NCBI GenBank assembly: GCA_963737905.1
Contig: CAVTUQ010000043.1
Coordinates: 1-64,000, forward strand
Reading direction: 5' to 3'
Source of the DNA: an uncultured delta proteobacterium
Lineage (GTDB): Bacteria > Desulfobacterota > Binatia > UBA9968
DNA: 64,000 nucleotides
Below, one piece after another: positions 1-8,942 of the stretch (its first letter is position 1; each line of letters begins with the position of its first letter). Position numbers and translations under genes: made by a program. A model generated the notes under the pieces. The model was not told where the DNA came from, did no database searches, and saw only the letters and a program-made list of their open reading frames with translations.

Positions 1-705
1 GTACTGAACCAAAGCCAGCAAAGCAACGGCGAGCAGCACGATCGTCAGGAGCGTTGCAAAAAGGGCGGGTGCGTTGAACGAAGCACCGAAGGTCATCAGC
101 ATCACACCGAAGCCCACGGCGGAAAGAATCATTTCGCTCGTAACCATGCCCAGGATCGCCCGTCCCATCCCCAGCCGAATACCCGCCATGATCATGGGCA
201 GGGCGGCCGGCAAAATTACTTTTAAGAAGAGTTCGCTTTCCCGAGCGCCGAAGGCGCGCGCCATTTCCGTCAGGGTCGGATCGACGTTCCGGACGCCTGC
301 AGTGGTGTTGACCGCGATGATGACAAAGGCGAAGAGAAAGACGATCCAGATGCGCGAGTGGAGCCCGAGGCCAAAGGCGATCACTAAGAAGGGAATGAAT
401 GAAATCATCGGAACGGCGAGCAACGCGGTCATGTAGATATCGAGAAACGATTCAAGTTTGCGATACCGTCCCATGAGCAACCCGAGCGGCACGCCGAGCC
501 CCACCGACAGAAGAAAGCCCAAAAACAGCGCTTGAAGACTGACCAGGAGCGCCCGGAAGAGTTGCCCGGAGACGAGCAGCTCGATCCAGGTCGCGAGCAC
601 TTTGGATAAAGGCGGCAGCAGGTGGGCGTTATTTGTCCGGCCCGCCACTTCCCAGAGAAGTGCCAGAGTGATCAAAGATATAGCCCTGAGAGTTCTCCGT
701 TGCAC
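1..705 (-). CDS. ABC transporter permease, NitT/TauT (SsuC-like) family; 3' end runs off the window
   Basis: Read manually on the minus strand from GTG at 705: VQRRTLRAISLITLALLWEVAGR..., with EAA-type loop EMARAFGARE. Paralogous to 1734-2489. Missing from the ORF track because it is truncated. Confidence 0.85.
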   Translation of the reverse strand, partial: MQRRTLRAISLITLALLWEVAGRTNNAHLLPPLSKVLATWIELLVSGQLFRALLVSLQALFLGFLLSVGLGVPLGLLMGRYRKLESFLDIYMTALLAVPMISFIPFLVIAFGLGLHSRIWIVFLFAFVIIAVNTTAGVRNVDPTLTEMARAFGARESELFLKVILPAALPMIMAGIRLGMGRAILGMVTSEMILSAVGFGVMLMTFGASFNAPALFATLLTIVLLAVALLALVQY

Positions 706-720
706 GAATGGGGTGTCCTG

Positions 721-1707
721 TTATTTGCGGCCGATCTTTTTTATGACCTTATCCAGGGGCCCGGTATCGAATGCTTGCGGATAGCTGACGGCGCCTTTCT
801 TTAGCAAACCGGATTCCTCGAAAAACTTGATGCTGGCTTCACCGCGGTCCTTACCGGCGCCACCATTGATGTCCCAGATGCGTAACTCTTTGTAGGTTGC
901 AGCGGTGGCATCGACCAGCTCGGGTTTGGTCTCGGGCAAAAGCCTTAGAGCATTTTCTTTGACCAGGCCCGGACGCTCTTCGATGGAACGATGGGTATTC
1001 AGTATCGCTTCCAGTACGTTTTCTACGATACCGGCGTTCTTCTGCACGTAATCCGCTCGCGCGAAGTACATCGAGCCGATGAGCTGAGGGAAAGTCTTCG
1101 CGTAGGAGATCAAGACGTGAAACTGTCCGGGCTTGGCTTGCAGGATATTCAAAACATCGCCGATCTCCGCTGGAGTGGCGTCTAACTGGCCGCGCATGAG
1201 TGCTTCGGCTCTCACCTCCGAACCGGGAATGATCATCCAGGTTGGGCTTATTTTGTAATGAACCGCCATCCATTTGACCAGCGCCTCGGTGACCGTAATC
1301 GGCGCATGATAGCCGACCCGTTTGCCGTCCAGTTGTTTGGGATCGCTGAAGGACACCGGAGTGACCAGCTGCCATTCGTTGCGGACCTGCTCGCCGATGA
1401 TTCTAAGATTCATACCGCTCTCCACGGCCTTGACCACAGCGATACCCGCCGCGCTCCCCATGTCGGCTTCTCCGGCAACCACGGCCTGAACGGCAAGGTC
1501 GGTCTTAGGAAAGAAGGTCGGAATGACCTCGATCCCTTGTTTTTTTAGTCGCTCCCAGGCAAGCAGCGACGGGATGTCGCCCATGTCCGCCGAAGAGGGA
1601 TAGGCGAATCTGACCTTCTTCTGTGCCTGTGCTTCGCCTCCCCAGGAGAAACCCAGGGTGAGCGTCAAAAGAAGTAATGCAGATGGTCTGGCAAATGCCC
1701 TAATCAT
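721..1707 (-). CDS. ABC transporter substrate-binding protein, NMT1/SsuA-like
   Basis: C-terminal part of ORF 721-2358. Likely start MIRAFARPS after an aggaggg RBS, signal peptide ending AQAQ, operonic with the permeases and ATPase. Confidence 0.85.
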   Translation of the reverse strand: MIRAFARPSALLLLTLTLGFSWGGEAQAQKKVRFAYPSSADMGDIPSLLAWERLKKQGIEVIPTFFPKTDLAVQAVVAGEADMGSAAGIAVVKAVESGMNLRIIGEQVRNEWQLVTPVSFSDPKQLDGKRVGYHAPITVTEALVKWMAVHYKISPTWMIIPGSEVRAEALMRGQLDATPAEIGDVLNILQAKPGQFHVLISYAKTFPQLIGSMYFARADYVQKNAGIVENVLEAILNTHRSIEERPGLVKENALRLLPETKPELVDATAATYKELRIWDINGGAGKDRGEASIKFFEESGLLKKGAVSYPQAFDTGPLDKVIKKIGRK

Positions 1708-1733
1708 AAGTAGCCCTCCTTTTTTATCCCTAG

Positions 1734-2489
1734 CTATTCGATAGCGATCTCCGCTTTCCAACCGGTCAGTCGCCGGTCTAACACTTGAACCAGCTTCATC
1801 GTAATCATGGCCACGATAAGAATCGTCAGAATGACGGCGAACAACGCGTCCGTCGCGAAGGCGGAGCCGTATTGCATAATCATCGCACCGATTCCCGTAA
1901 GCGTAAGCAACATTTCCGCAGTCACCATTCCTTTGACCGCTCTGCCCATGCCTAAACGAACGCCGGCCATGATTGCCGGCATGGCCGCCGGTAGGATGAT
2001 CTTGAAGAAGACTTCCGTTTCCTTGGCACCGAAGGAACGGGCCATCTCCAAGAAAGTCCGGTCCACCTGCTTCACGCCGGTCATCGTATTGATGACGATC
2101 ACAAAGACCGCGAAAAGAAAAACCACAGCGATGCGTGATTCCACCCCCAGGCCAAACCACAGGATGAGCACGGGTACGAAAGCCGTCATGGGTGCAGACA
2201 TCAAGGCGTTGATGTAAAGGTCGAGAAAATGCTCTACGGCGCGAAAGCGGCCCATGAGCAGACCGACAATAATTCCGAAAACCACTGCGAGAAAAAAGCC
2301 CGCCGCGAGCGTGCCAAGACTCATCACGAGGTTTGATACAAGCTTGCCGCTGATCCATAGACGCAACCAGGCGCTCCCTATTTTAGACAACGGCGGGATC
2401 AGGACAGAATCCAAAGTTCGCCCGGCGATTTCCCAAAGAATCGCGAGGGTAACAATGGAAATGACGTTGGTCCAAAGGCGGCTATTCAA
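1734..2489 (-). CDS. ABC transporter permease, NitT/TauT family
   Basis: Hydrophobic 251 aa protein with EAA loop EMARSFGAKE and VTAEM motif. Confidence 0.9.
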   Translation of the reverse strand: MNSRLWTNVISIVTLAILWEIAGRTLDSVLIPPLSKIGSAWLRLWISGKLVSNLVMSLGTLAAGFFLAVVFGIIVGLLMGRFRAVEHFLDLYINALMSAPMTAFVPVLILWFGLGVESRIAVVFLFAVFVIVINTMTGVKQVDRTFLEMARSFGAKETEVFFKIILPAAMPAIMAGVRLGMGRAVKGMVTAEMLLTLTGIGAMIMQYGSAFATDALFAVILTILIVAMITMKLVQVLDRRLTGWKAEIAIE

Positions 2490-3265
2490 TGGCCATTCTC
2501 CATTGCCTTTTTGAGAGAATGCCAGATGTAATTCGTCAGATCGACGAACTTGGGGTCGCGGCGAACGTCGTCGGCGATTCGAGGGCGGGGCAAAGGCACG
2601 TCGAGAATCTCGGCCACCCGGCCGGGTCTTGGCGTCATGATCACCACGCGATCAGACAGATAGACCGCCTCATCCATGCTATGGGTGATGAAGATCACAG
2701 TCTTTTGCTCGCGCTGCCACAATTCCAAAAGTTCTTCCTGCAGAAGCTGGCGCGTTTGCGCGTCCACTGAACCGAAGGGCTCGTCCATGAGCAGGATCAT
2801 GGGATTCACGGCTAACGCTCTTGCCAAGCCGGCCCGTTGTTGCATGCCGCCGGAGAGCTCATGGGGATAGTGATGCTCAAAGTCTTCCAGCCCCACGCGT
2901 TTCAAGTAATCGCGCGCGATGCTGATCCGTTCCTCTTTTGCGACTCGCCGCAACTCCAAGCTGAACTCCACGTTGGCAAGCACCGTGCGCCAAGGGAGCA
3001 GGGCAAAGGTTTGAAAGACAACGGCGCGGTCCGGTCCGGGCGCAGAGATCTTCTTTCCGTTAATCACGATCTGGCCACTATCATGGGGAATGAGACCGTC
3101 GATAATTTTCAGCAAAGTGGTCTTGCCGCATCCGCTCGGGCCTATAATACTGATGAACTCATTCTCACGGATGGAAAGATTCACCTCCGCGAGAGCCCTG
3201 ATCTCTGCCGTGTTGTCTTTGACCGTCCTCTGAAAGCTTTTCGAGATCCGCTCGATTTCGACCAT
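2486..3265 (-). CDS. ABC transporter ATP-binding protein, NitT/TauT family
   Basis: Walker A GPSGCGKT, signature LSGGMQQR, Walker B LLMDEPF. Start moved to ATG 3265 because the ORF's upstream extension runs into a repeat. Confidence 0.92.
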   Translation of the reverse strand: MVEIERISKSFQRTVKDNTAEIRALAEVNLSIRENEFISIIGPSGCGKTTLLKIIDGLIPHDSGQIVINGKKISAPGPDRAVVFQTFALLPWRTVLANVEFSLELRRVAKEERISIARDYLKRVGLEDFEHHYPHELSGGMQQRAGLARALAVNPMILLMDEPFGSVDAQTRQLLQEELLELWQREQKTVIFITHSMDEAVYLSDRVVIMTPRPGRVAEILDVPLPRPRIADDVRRDPKFVDLTNYIWHSLKKAMENGH

Positions 3266-3276
3266 AACTAATGTTG

Positions 3277-3375
3277 GTTCAAATCGTTCCAATCGTTCAA
3301 GCGGTTCAAACCGTTTTCGGACTTAATGCATTTCAGGACGCCTTGAACGTCTTGAACTACTTGAACGTTTTGAAC
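3277..3375. repeat. Intergenic palindrome of 9-bp tandem units (GTTCAAnnn x4 ... TTGAACnnn x4)
   Basis: gttcaaatc gttccaatc gttcaagcg gttcaaacc ... ttgaacgtc ttgaactac ttgaacgtt ttgaac. Confidence 0.85.
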
Positions 3376-3383
3376 CCGGCTCA

Positions 3384-4817
3384 TCACTTGCCCGTGATGA
3401 TCCGGTCGTCCTTGGCCGGCTCGTAGGGGCGCGTATCCCGCGCCAGGTCAATTTTTCTAAGCACCTCGTCCGGCGCCTGAGCTTCTTTCGGAAAATCGTA
3501 GGGCGGCATGGGCTTGGTGGCATCGAAGATGAGCTTGGTTTCCATGGGCCCCTTTTCCATGCGGTTGTAGCCGTAGGCGGTCGGATTCAAATGCGAGCCG
3601 ATGATGTTGGGAATGATTACCAGATCGCGGTCAGCTTGAAAGCGCATGGCCAGTGCCCACAGTACCTGCGTCTCGTTGAATACATCGACATCATCGTCGA
3701 CACAGATAACGAGCTTAATGTTCGGATCCGTCACGAAAGCCGCCAGGGCCGCCTGTTTCGGCTCGCCTTCGGCGCGTTTTTTGACCGAGATGTAACAGTG
3801 AGAACGAGCGGCCCCCGAAATCGGCATGTTGACGCCGGTGGTGCTCGGGACGGCCTCTTGAATGCGCTTGTACAGGCTCCCCAATCGCGGCGCGGCGCCG
3901 ATGATATTGTGCTCGAAGTGCGCGCTGTGGATGCATTGATAAATAGGATGTTTCCGCATTGTAATCGCGGTAACCTCGATATAGGGCTGCTCGCCTTCCT
4001 TATAGTAATAATGCGGCCACTCGCCGAAGGGGCCTTCGTATTGCCGTTTTTTTGGCGGCACCATGCCCTCGATGACGATTTCGCAGTGCGCCGGCACCAT
4101 GAGATCTACCGTTTCGGCCTTGACCACTTGAAGCGGTTCCCCGAGAAAAGCGCCGGCGATCTCGAGTTCCTGGCCGACGCCGGCCTGCTTGGTGACGGCG
4201 GCCATATTCAACGCCGGATGATGACCGATAGCGAGAGCCACTTCCATTGGCTCATTGTGGTCTTCATACTCCGCACGAATATAGTTGCCATGATTGGCGG
4301 GGTTGATCATCAGTCCGAGTTGCCGCTTACCTTGCTTCTGGTGTCGATAAATGCCCACGTTCACCGCATTGGTGCCGCGTTCCTTGCAGATCAGCGCAGC
4401 GGCATTGATATACGCGCCGGCATCTCCCTCGTTGATGGTGAGCACGGGCAAAAGATCGAGATCGACATCGTTCCCCTTTAGAATAACTTCCTTGCACGGC
4501 GCATCTTTGGCGGAGATTTCCTTTACCGGCAGCGGACGATGCTCGCGGTAAGCCAGGTCCTTGACCATCTGCGGCACGGACGGCGAGCCCAGGGACAATG
4601 CCAGCCGCTCGTAGGTCGCCCCGAGGTTGATCACCAACGGGATCTTTGAACCCTTAATGTTCTTGAAGAAAACCAGGGGGAATTTGTTCTCCCGTTCGAA
4701 CTTCTCGACGATGGCGCAGGCTTCATAACAGGGATCGACCTCGCGATCGACGACGACCACATCCTTCGGCCGCTTTTCCAACAACTCGTCTAAATAGCTA
4801 CGCAGATCCTTTGACAT
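3384..4817 (-). CDS. UbiD-family prFMN-dependent (de)carboxylase
   Basis: N-terminal DLRSYL, NVGIYRHQ, EIVIEG, EGPFGEW, VDDDVDVF, IFDATKP. Confidence 0.92.
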   Translation of the reverse strand: MSKDLRSYLDELLEKRPKDVVVVDREVDPCYEACAIVEKFERENKFPLVFFKNIKGSKIPLVINLGATYERLALSLGSPSVPQMVKDLAYREHRPLPVKEISAKDAPCKEVILKGNDVDLDLLPVLTINEGDAGAYINAAALICKERGTNAVNVGIYRHQKQGKRQLGLMINPANHGNYIRAEYEDHNEPMEVALAIGHHPALNMAAVTKQAGVGQELEIAGAFLGEPLQVVKAETVDLMVPAHCEIVIEGMVPPKKRQYEGPFGEWPHYYYKEGEQPYIEVTAITMRKHPIYQCIHSAHFEHNIIGAAPRLGSLYKRIQEAVPSTTGVNMPISGAARSHCYISVKKRAEGEPKQAALAAFVTDPNIKLVICVDDDVDVFNETQVLWALAMRFQADRDLVIIPNIIGSHLNPTAYGYNRMEKGPMETKLIFDATKPMPPYDFPKEAQAPDEVLRKIDLARDTRPYEPAKDDRIITGK

Positions 4818-4886
4818 CTGTAGTTACCTCCGTGACGTTTCTTGTGCTTCAAAATCGCCTACTGCATCCTGCAACTCGACCGAGCG

Positions 4887-4932
4887 CCTGTCAAGAACTT
4901 TGCTTGACAGGTTTCATGGGTTCTTCTAACAC
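4887..4932. promoter_or_regulatory. Divergent promoter region with perfect inverted repeat CCTGTCAAG-N7-CTTGACAGG (TTGACA on both strands)
   Basis: Inverted repeat 4887-4911 lies between divergent operons. On the plus strand TTGACA (4904) is followed 17 bp later by TAACAC. Confidence 0.55.
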
Positions 4933-4951
4933 TGGTGTCGGTGTCGAGAAT

Positions 4952-5935
4952 ATGCGCAATTTGCCTATAAGATGGGGCGTGAGCCTGCCGAATCGCGGCG
5001 TGCTTTTCGGCCTGACCGACATCGATACGCTCATGAATGCTGCGGCTCTCGCCGAACAGTCGGGGGTCTTCGAATCGGTATGGTTTGGTGACAGTTTGAT
5101 TCATAAGCCCCGGTTGGAATCCACCGTGATGCTTAGCGCCATCGCCGCGCGAACTCAGAAGGTTCGTTTAGGCGTGATCTGCATGGCAAGCTTTCCGGTG
5201 CGCCATCCGGTGCTTTTGGCGATTCAGTGGGCCAGTCTCGATCAACTCTCCAAAGGCAGAGCTATCCTTGGTGTTTGCATCGGCGGCGGACATGAAGGTG
5301 AGATGCTCGCGTTCGGTATCAAGAAAGAAGAACGGGTCGGGCGGCTCACGGAAGGGGTCAAGCTCATTCGGCAGCTCTGGAGCGGCGACGAAGTGAACCA
5401 TCGAGGGAAGTACTACACTCTCGAAGGCTACCGCATTGTGCCCAAACCGGTCCAGAGACCGTGTCCGATTTGGATCGCCGTTACTCCCGATCGGTCCGTC
5501 GTCGGTGACAAGGGGGTCGAAATTGCGATGCAGCGGGTTGCGACTCTGGCGGACGGTTTTATTACCATGGCGGTGCCCCGCGACGAGTTTCGCCGACGGC
5601 TAGATCTCATTGAAGAGTTCGCCGAAGAACAGGGGCGCGATATCAAAAGCTTGGAAGTGTCGATCCATGGCATGGTGAATGTCAACGACGACCGGCGTGC
5701 CGCCCGCGAGGAGTCAATGTATTATTTCAACAATTACTACACGCCGGGCTATCCCTCCGAAGAGCTGCTCAAAATCTGGCTGGCCCATGGCCCCCCTGAA
5801 GAGTGCGCGCGCTTGATCCAAGGTTGGATCGATATGGGTATCACGACGCCGGTGTTGCGCTTCACATCGCGCAATCAGATCGGTCAGATGGAACGATTCA
5901 TCAAAGATGTGCTGCCGCTTTTGCGGTTGAAGTGA
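4952..5935 (+). CDS. LLM-class (luciferase-like) flavin/F420-dependent oxidoreductase
   Basis: FESVWFGDS, AIAARTQKVRLG, WASLDQLSKGRAILGVCIGG, PKPVQRPCPIWIA. Start trimmed to ATG 4952. Confidence 0.9.
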   Translation: MRNLPIRWGVSLPNRGVLFGLTDIDTLMNAAALAEQSGVFESVWFGDSLIHKPRLESTVMLSAIAARTQKVRLGVICMASFPVRHPVLLAIQWASLDQLSKGRAILGVCIGGGHEGEMLAFGIKKEERVGRLTEGVKLIRQLWSGDEVNHRGKYYTLEGYRIVPKPVQRPCPIWIAVTPDRSVVGDKGVEIAMQRVATLADGFITMAVPRDEFRRRLDLIEEFAEEQGRDIKSLEVSIHGMVNVNDDRRAAREESMYYFNNYYTPGYPSEELLKIWLAHGPPEECARLIQGWIDMGITTPVLRFTSRNQIGQMERFIKDVLPLLRLK

Positions 5936-5959
5936 CGGCGCCATGGTTGATAAAGATGC

Positions 5960-6043
5960 TGGTGTGTTGGAGTGATGGAGTACTGGAGTGTTGGGTCGAG
6001 ACTCCGAAACCCATTACTCCACCACCCCAATACTCCAGTACGC
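5960..6043. repeat. Intergenic palindrome of 8-bp tandem units (TGGAGTnn / nnACTCCA)
   Basis: tggtgtgt tggagtga tggagtac tggagtgt tggg ... ccca ttactcca ccacccca atactcca gtacgca. Confidence 0.85.
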
Positions 6044-6067
6044 AATTGAATTTCAAAGGACACCCCC

Positions 6068-7414
6068 ATGTTTGAAGACCTAAGAGGCTTTCTCACCTAT
6101 CTGGAAACTCAGGGACAGTTACTGCGCGTCAAGGACGAGGTCGGCATCAAGTATGAAATCGCCGCCGGCATGCGGAAAACTTCTGATATCGAAGGGCCGG
6201 CGCTGCTGTTCGAAAATGTCAGGGGCTTCCCGAGCTGGAGGGTTCTGGGCGGGCTGTTCGCGACGCGAAAATTGGTCGCCCTTGGCCTTGGTGTGCCACA
6301 GGAGCAAATGCTCGAGCGCTATTTGACCTTGGAAGACAAGCGCATTCCGCCTGAGATCGTTTCGAGCGCACCATGCAAAGAAATCAAATGGACGGGTGAT
6401 CAAGTCGATCTATCCAAGCTGCCCATCGTCACCCACGCGAGCAAAGATTGCGGTCCCTATGTCACCATTGGGGTGCAGGTCGGTAAGGATCCGGACACCG
6501 GTATCCGTAACCTGTCGATTCACCGTATGCTGGTTCTCGGTAAGGACCGGTTATCGCTGTGGGCGCCAGCGGATCATCATTTGGGCCGGATGATCCTGAT
6601 GGCGGAGGAAAAAAGACGAGGCTTGGAAGTCGCCACCGCCGTTGGCGTCGATCCTGCCATCGTCGTTGGCTCGCAAGCGAGAGTACCGTTCGGTATCGAC
6701 GAGTTTCATGTTGCCGGTGGGCTACGAGGTTCGGCTGTTAAACTGACCCAATGCGAAAGCATCGATGTAGAAGTTCCGGCTTTTGCTGAAGTAGTGATCG
6801 AAGGCGTGACCCTTCCCGGCGAACGCGTCGCCGACGGACCCTACGGCGAGTATCCCGGTTGCTACAGCGAGGCGAAGCAGGCGCCGGTGCTCAAGGTCAC
6901 CGCCATCACCATGCGGCAAAATCCGATCTGGCAGACCGCGCTCACGGGAATGCCCGTTACGGAGAATCACACCTTGATCGAATACGGCAACGCCGCGGTA
7001 GTTTATCGTGAAGTGAAGAAGGTCGTGCCGGAAGTGCGCGGCGTCAACATGACGCCTGGAGGGACCTTTCGCCATCACGTCGTGGTATCCATCAAAAAGC
7101 GCGCGGAGAACGAGGGACGCAACGTGATTCTGGCGCTGCTTTCGATGGGCATCGGTCTCAAGCAAGTGATCGTGGTCGACGACGACATCGATCCCTTCGA
7201 TCCCATGCAGGTGGACTGGGCGATGGCGACACGCTTCCAGGCGGACAAGGACGCCATCATTATTCCGCGTATCGCTTGCTCCACGCTGGACCCCTCTTGC
7301 CCGGAGGCGCGGGTTACCGCCGGCTTGGGCATCGACGCCACCGCTCCGATGAAGGAGCACTGGCGCTTTGAAAAGGTTGAAATTCCCGGCGTTGATAAGG
7401 TGAAATACATCTAG
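6068..7414 (+). CDS. UbiD-family prFMN-dependent (de)carboxylase
   Basis: EDLRGFL, RNLSIHRM, EVVIEG, DGPYGEYPG, VVDDDIDPF, GIDATAP. Confidence 0.92.
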   Translation: MFEDLRGFLTYLETQGQLLRVKDEVGIKYEIAAGMRKTSDIEGPALLFENVRGFPSWRVLGGLFATRKLVALGLGVPQEQMLERYLTLEDKRIPPEIVSSAPCKEIKWTGDQVDLSKLPIVTHASKDCGPYVTIGVQVGKDPDTGIRNLSIHRMLVLGKDRLSLWAPADHHLGRMILMAEEKRRGLEVATAVGVDPAIVVGSQARVPFGIDEFHVAGGLRGSAVKLTQCESIDVEVPAFAEVVIEGVTLPGERVADGPYGEYPGCYSEAKQAPVLKVTAITMRQNPIWQTALTGMPVTENHTLIEYGNAAVVYREVKKVVPEVRGVNMTPGGTFRHHVVVSIKKRAENEGRNVILALLSMGIGLKQVIVVDDDIDPFDPMQVDWAMATRFQADKDAIIIPRIACSTLDPSCPEARVTAGLGIDATAPMKEHWRFEKVEIPGVDKVKYI

Positions 7415-7415
7415 C

Positions 7416-7497
7416 TGGCATATAGCGGATGGCATGTGGCATATAGATAAAGTCATCAGCGTTGGGCCATACGCTATAAGCCATACGCCATAAGCCA
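7416..7497. repeat. Intergenic palindrome of 7-bp tandem units (TGGCATA-like / GCCATAm-like)
   Basis: tggcata tagcgga tggcatg tggcata tag ... gccatac gctataa gccatac gccataa gcca; fills almost the whole gap between the stop at 7414 and the ATG at 7500. Confidence 0.85.
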
Positions 7498-7499
7498 CC

Positions 7500-8375
7500 A
7501 TGAGAAACTTCGACTACCTCGAACCGACGACGGTCGCTGAGGCCTGCAGCCTGCTCAAGCAACACGGTGGTGAAGCGAAGGTCTTTGCCGGCGGCTCGCA
7601 TCTGACGATTCTCATGAAGCAGGGGCTCTACCAGCCCAAGGCGCTGGTTAACATCAAAAAGATTTCCGAGCTCAAGGGCATCAAGTACGACGCGCAAGCA
7701 GGTTTGAGTATCGGCGCGCTGGTGACACACCGCGAGATCGAGACTTCGGCTCTGGTACGAGAGAAGTGTCCCGTGCTTTGCGACGCGGAAAGAGAGGTCG
7801 CCAATATCCGCGTCCGCAATATGGGCACGGTCGGTGGCAATCTTGCCTCGGGGGAACCGCTGACAGATCTTTCGCAAATCTTTATCTCGCTGGACGGTCA
7901 AGCTAAGATCGCCGGGCCGAATGGTCAACGCGCGATTCCGGTAGAAGAGCTGTTTCTCGATTTTTATACGACAAGCTTGGCTGAAGATGAGATTCTCACT
8001 CATGTGGTGCTGCCACCGCTGCCGACACGCTCGGGTGTCGAATATATCCGCTTCTCCAGTAGTTCCGTCGTCGATAAGCCGTCGGCAGGGGTGGCGGTGC
8101 GACTGACATTGGATACTGGCCGGCAAACGATTCGAACCGCCCGCATCGTGCTCGGCTGCGTCGGCGCGACGCCGGTTCGTGCGCGGAAAGCCGAAGGTCA
8201 GATTGCTGGCAGGCAACTGACGTCACAGTTGGCTGAAGAAGCTGGCAGCGCTGCGTCGCAAGAGTGCAGTCCGACCAGCGATCTACGAGGCTCCGAACAG
8301 TACAAGCGGGTGATCGTGCGCACCTTGGTCAAGCGCGCGCTGGCGAAGGCCAACGAGCGAGCGGTGGGAAACTGA
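7500..8375 (+). CDS. Xanthine dehydrogenase-family FAD-binding (medium, CoxM/CutM-like) subunit
   Basis: FDYLEPTT, AGGSHL, IRVRNMGTVGGN, SDLRGSEQYK. Confidence 0.92.
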   Translation: MRNFDYLEPTTVAEACSLLKQHGGEAKVFAGGSHLTILMKQGLYQPKALVNIKKISELKGIKYDAQAGLSIGALVTHREIETSALVREKCPVLCDAEREVANIRVRNMGTVGGNLASGEPLTDLSQIFISLDGQAKIAGPNGQRAIPVEELFLDFYTTSLAEDEILTHVVLPPLPTRSGVEYIRFSSSSVVDKPSAGVAVRLTLDTGRQTIRTARIVLGCVGATPVRARKAEGQIAGRQLTSQLAEEAGSAASQECSPTSDLRGSEQYKRVIVRTLVKRALAKANERAVGN

Positions 8376-8385
8376 AAACATTGCC

Positions 8386-8847
8386 ATGAAGCAACTGATC
8401 TCATTAAAGGTCAATGGACTCGAGCGACATGCCGAGGTCGAACCGCGCACCACCCTGCTGGAGCTTGTGCGGGAAGAGTTTAATCTGACCGGAGCCAAAC
8501 TGGGCTGCGACATTCAGGTCTGCGGCGCTTGCACGTTGTTGCTCGACGGCAAGCCGGTGAGCGCTTGTTCGGTCTTGGCCGTGGACACGGATGGCTGCGA
8601 GGTTTTGACCATTGAAGGACTGAGCAACAAGAATTCTCTCCATCCTCTCCAGGAGGCCTTTATGGATTTCGGCGCGCTGCAGTGCGGTTATTGTACTTCT
8701 GGGTTCATTTTAACGGCTAAAGCACTACTGGATGAAGTCCCACGGCCAACGGACGAGCAGATTCGCGATTATCTGGCGGGAAATTTTTGCCGTTGCGGCT
8801 GTTATCAGGAGATTATGCAGGCGATTAGGAACGTAGCCATGCGGTGA
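8386..8847 (+). CDS. Xanthine dehydrogenase-family [2Fe-2S] (small, CoxS-like) subunit
   Basis: GCDIQVCGACT...C and QCGYC...CRC cluster motifs. Confidence 0.95.
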   Translation: MKQLISLKVNGLERHAEVEPRTTLLELVREEFNLTGAKLGCDIQVCGACTLLLDGKPVSACSVLAVDTDGCEVLTIEGLSNKNSLHPLQEAFMDFGALQCGYCTSGFILTAKALLDEVPRPTDEQIRDYLAGNFCRCGCYQEIMQAIRNVAMR

Positions 8848-8854
8848 ATCAAAA

Positions 8855-8918
8855 GTTCAAAACGTTTAAGCCGTTCAACCGCTTTCGCTCCGTTCAAGAC
8901 GGCTTGAACGATTTGAAC
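8855..8918. repeat. Second copy of the 9-bp GTTCAA/TTGAAC palindrome family
   Basis: gttcaaaac gtttaagcc gttcaacc ... gttcaagac ggc ttgaacgat ttgaac, lying between the small and large subunit genes. Confidence 0.75.
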
Positions 8919-8942
8919 GGAGAAATAGAGCAGGATAATTCA

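Noticed and set aside
1708-2358. N-terminal 216 aa of the 545-aa ORF 721-2358
   Set aside because: It is an off-frame overlap with the permease gene; the real protein starts at 1707 with an RBS and signal peptide.
3277-3375. GTTC/GAAC arrays as LexA boxes or a CRISPR array
   Set aside because: The period is 9 bp (GTTC-N5-GTTC), which fits neither GTTC-N7-GTTC nor GAAC-N4-GTTC. They lie after stop codons, and there are no 25-40-bp repeats with unique spacers or cas genes.
3591-4481. Long antisense ORFs (e.g. 3591-4481, 8949-9839, 32899-33375)
   Set aside because: They are shadow frames of well-supported genes in GC-rich DNA, with no recognisable motifs.
8844-8942. N-terminal extension MNQKFKTFKPFNRF of the Mo subunit, and small ORF 28020-28211
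   Set aside because: Both largely translate the 9-bp repeat element, whose period keeps frames open.
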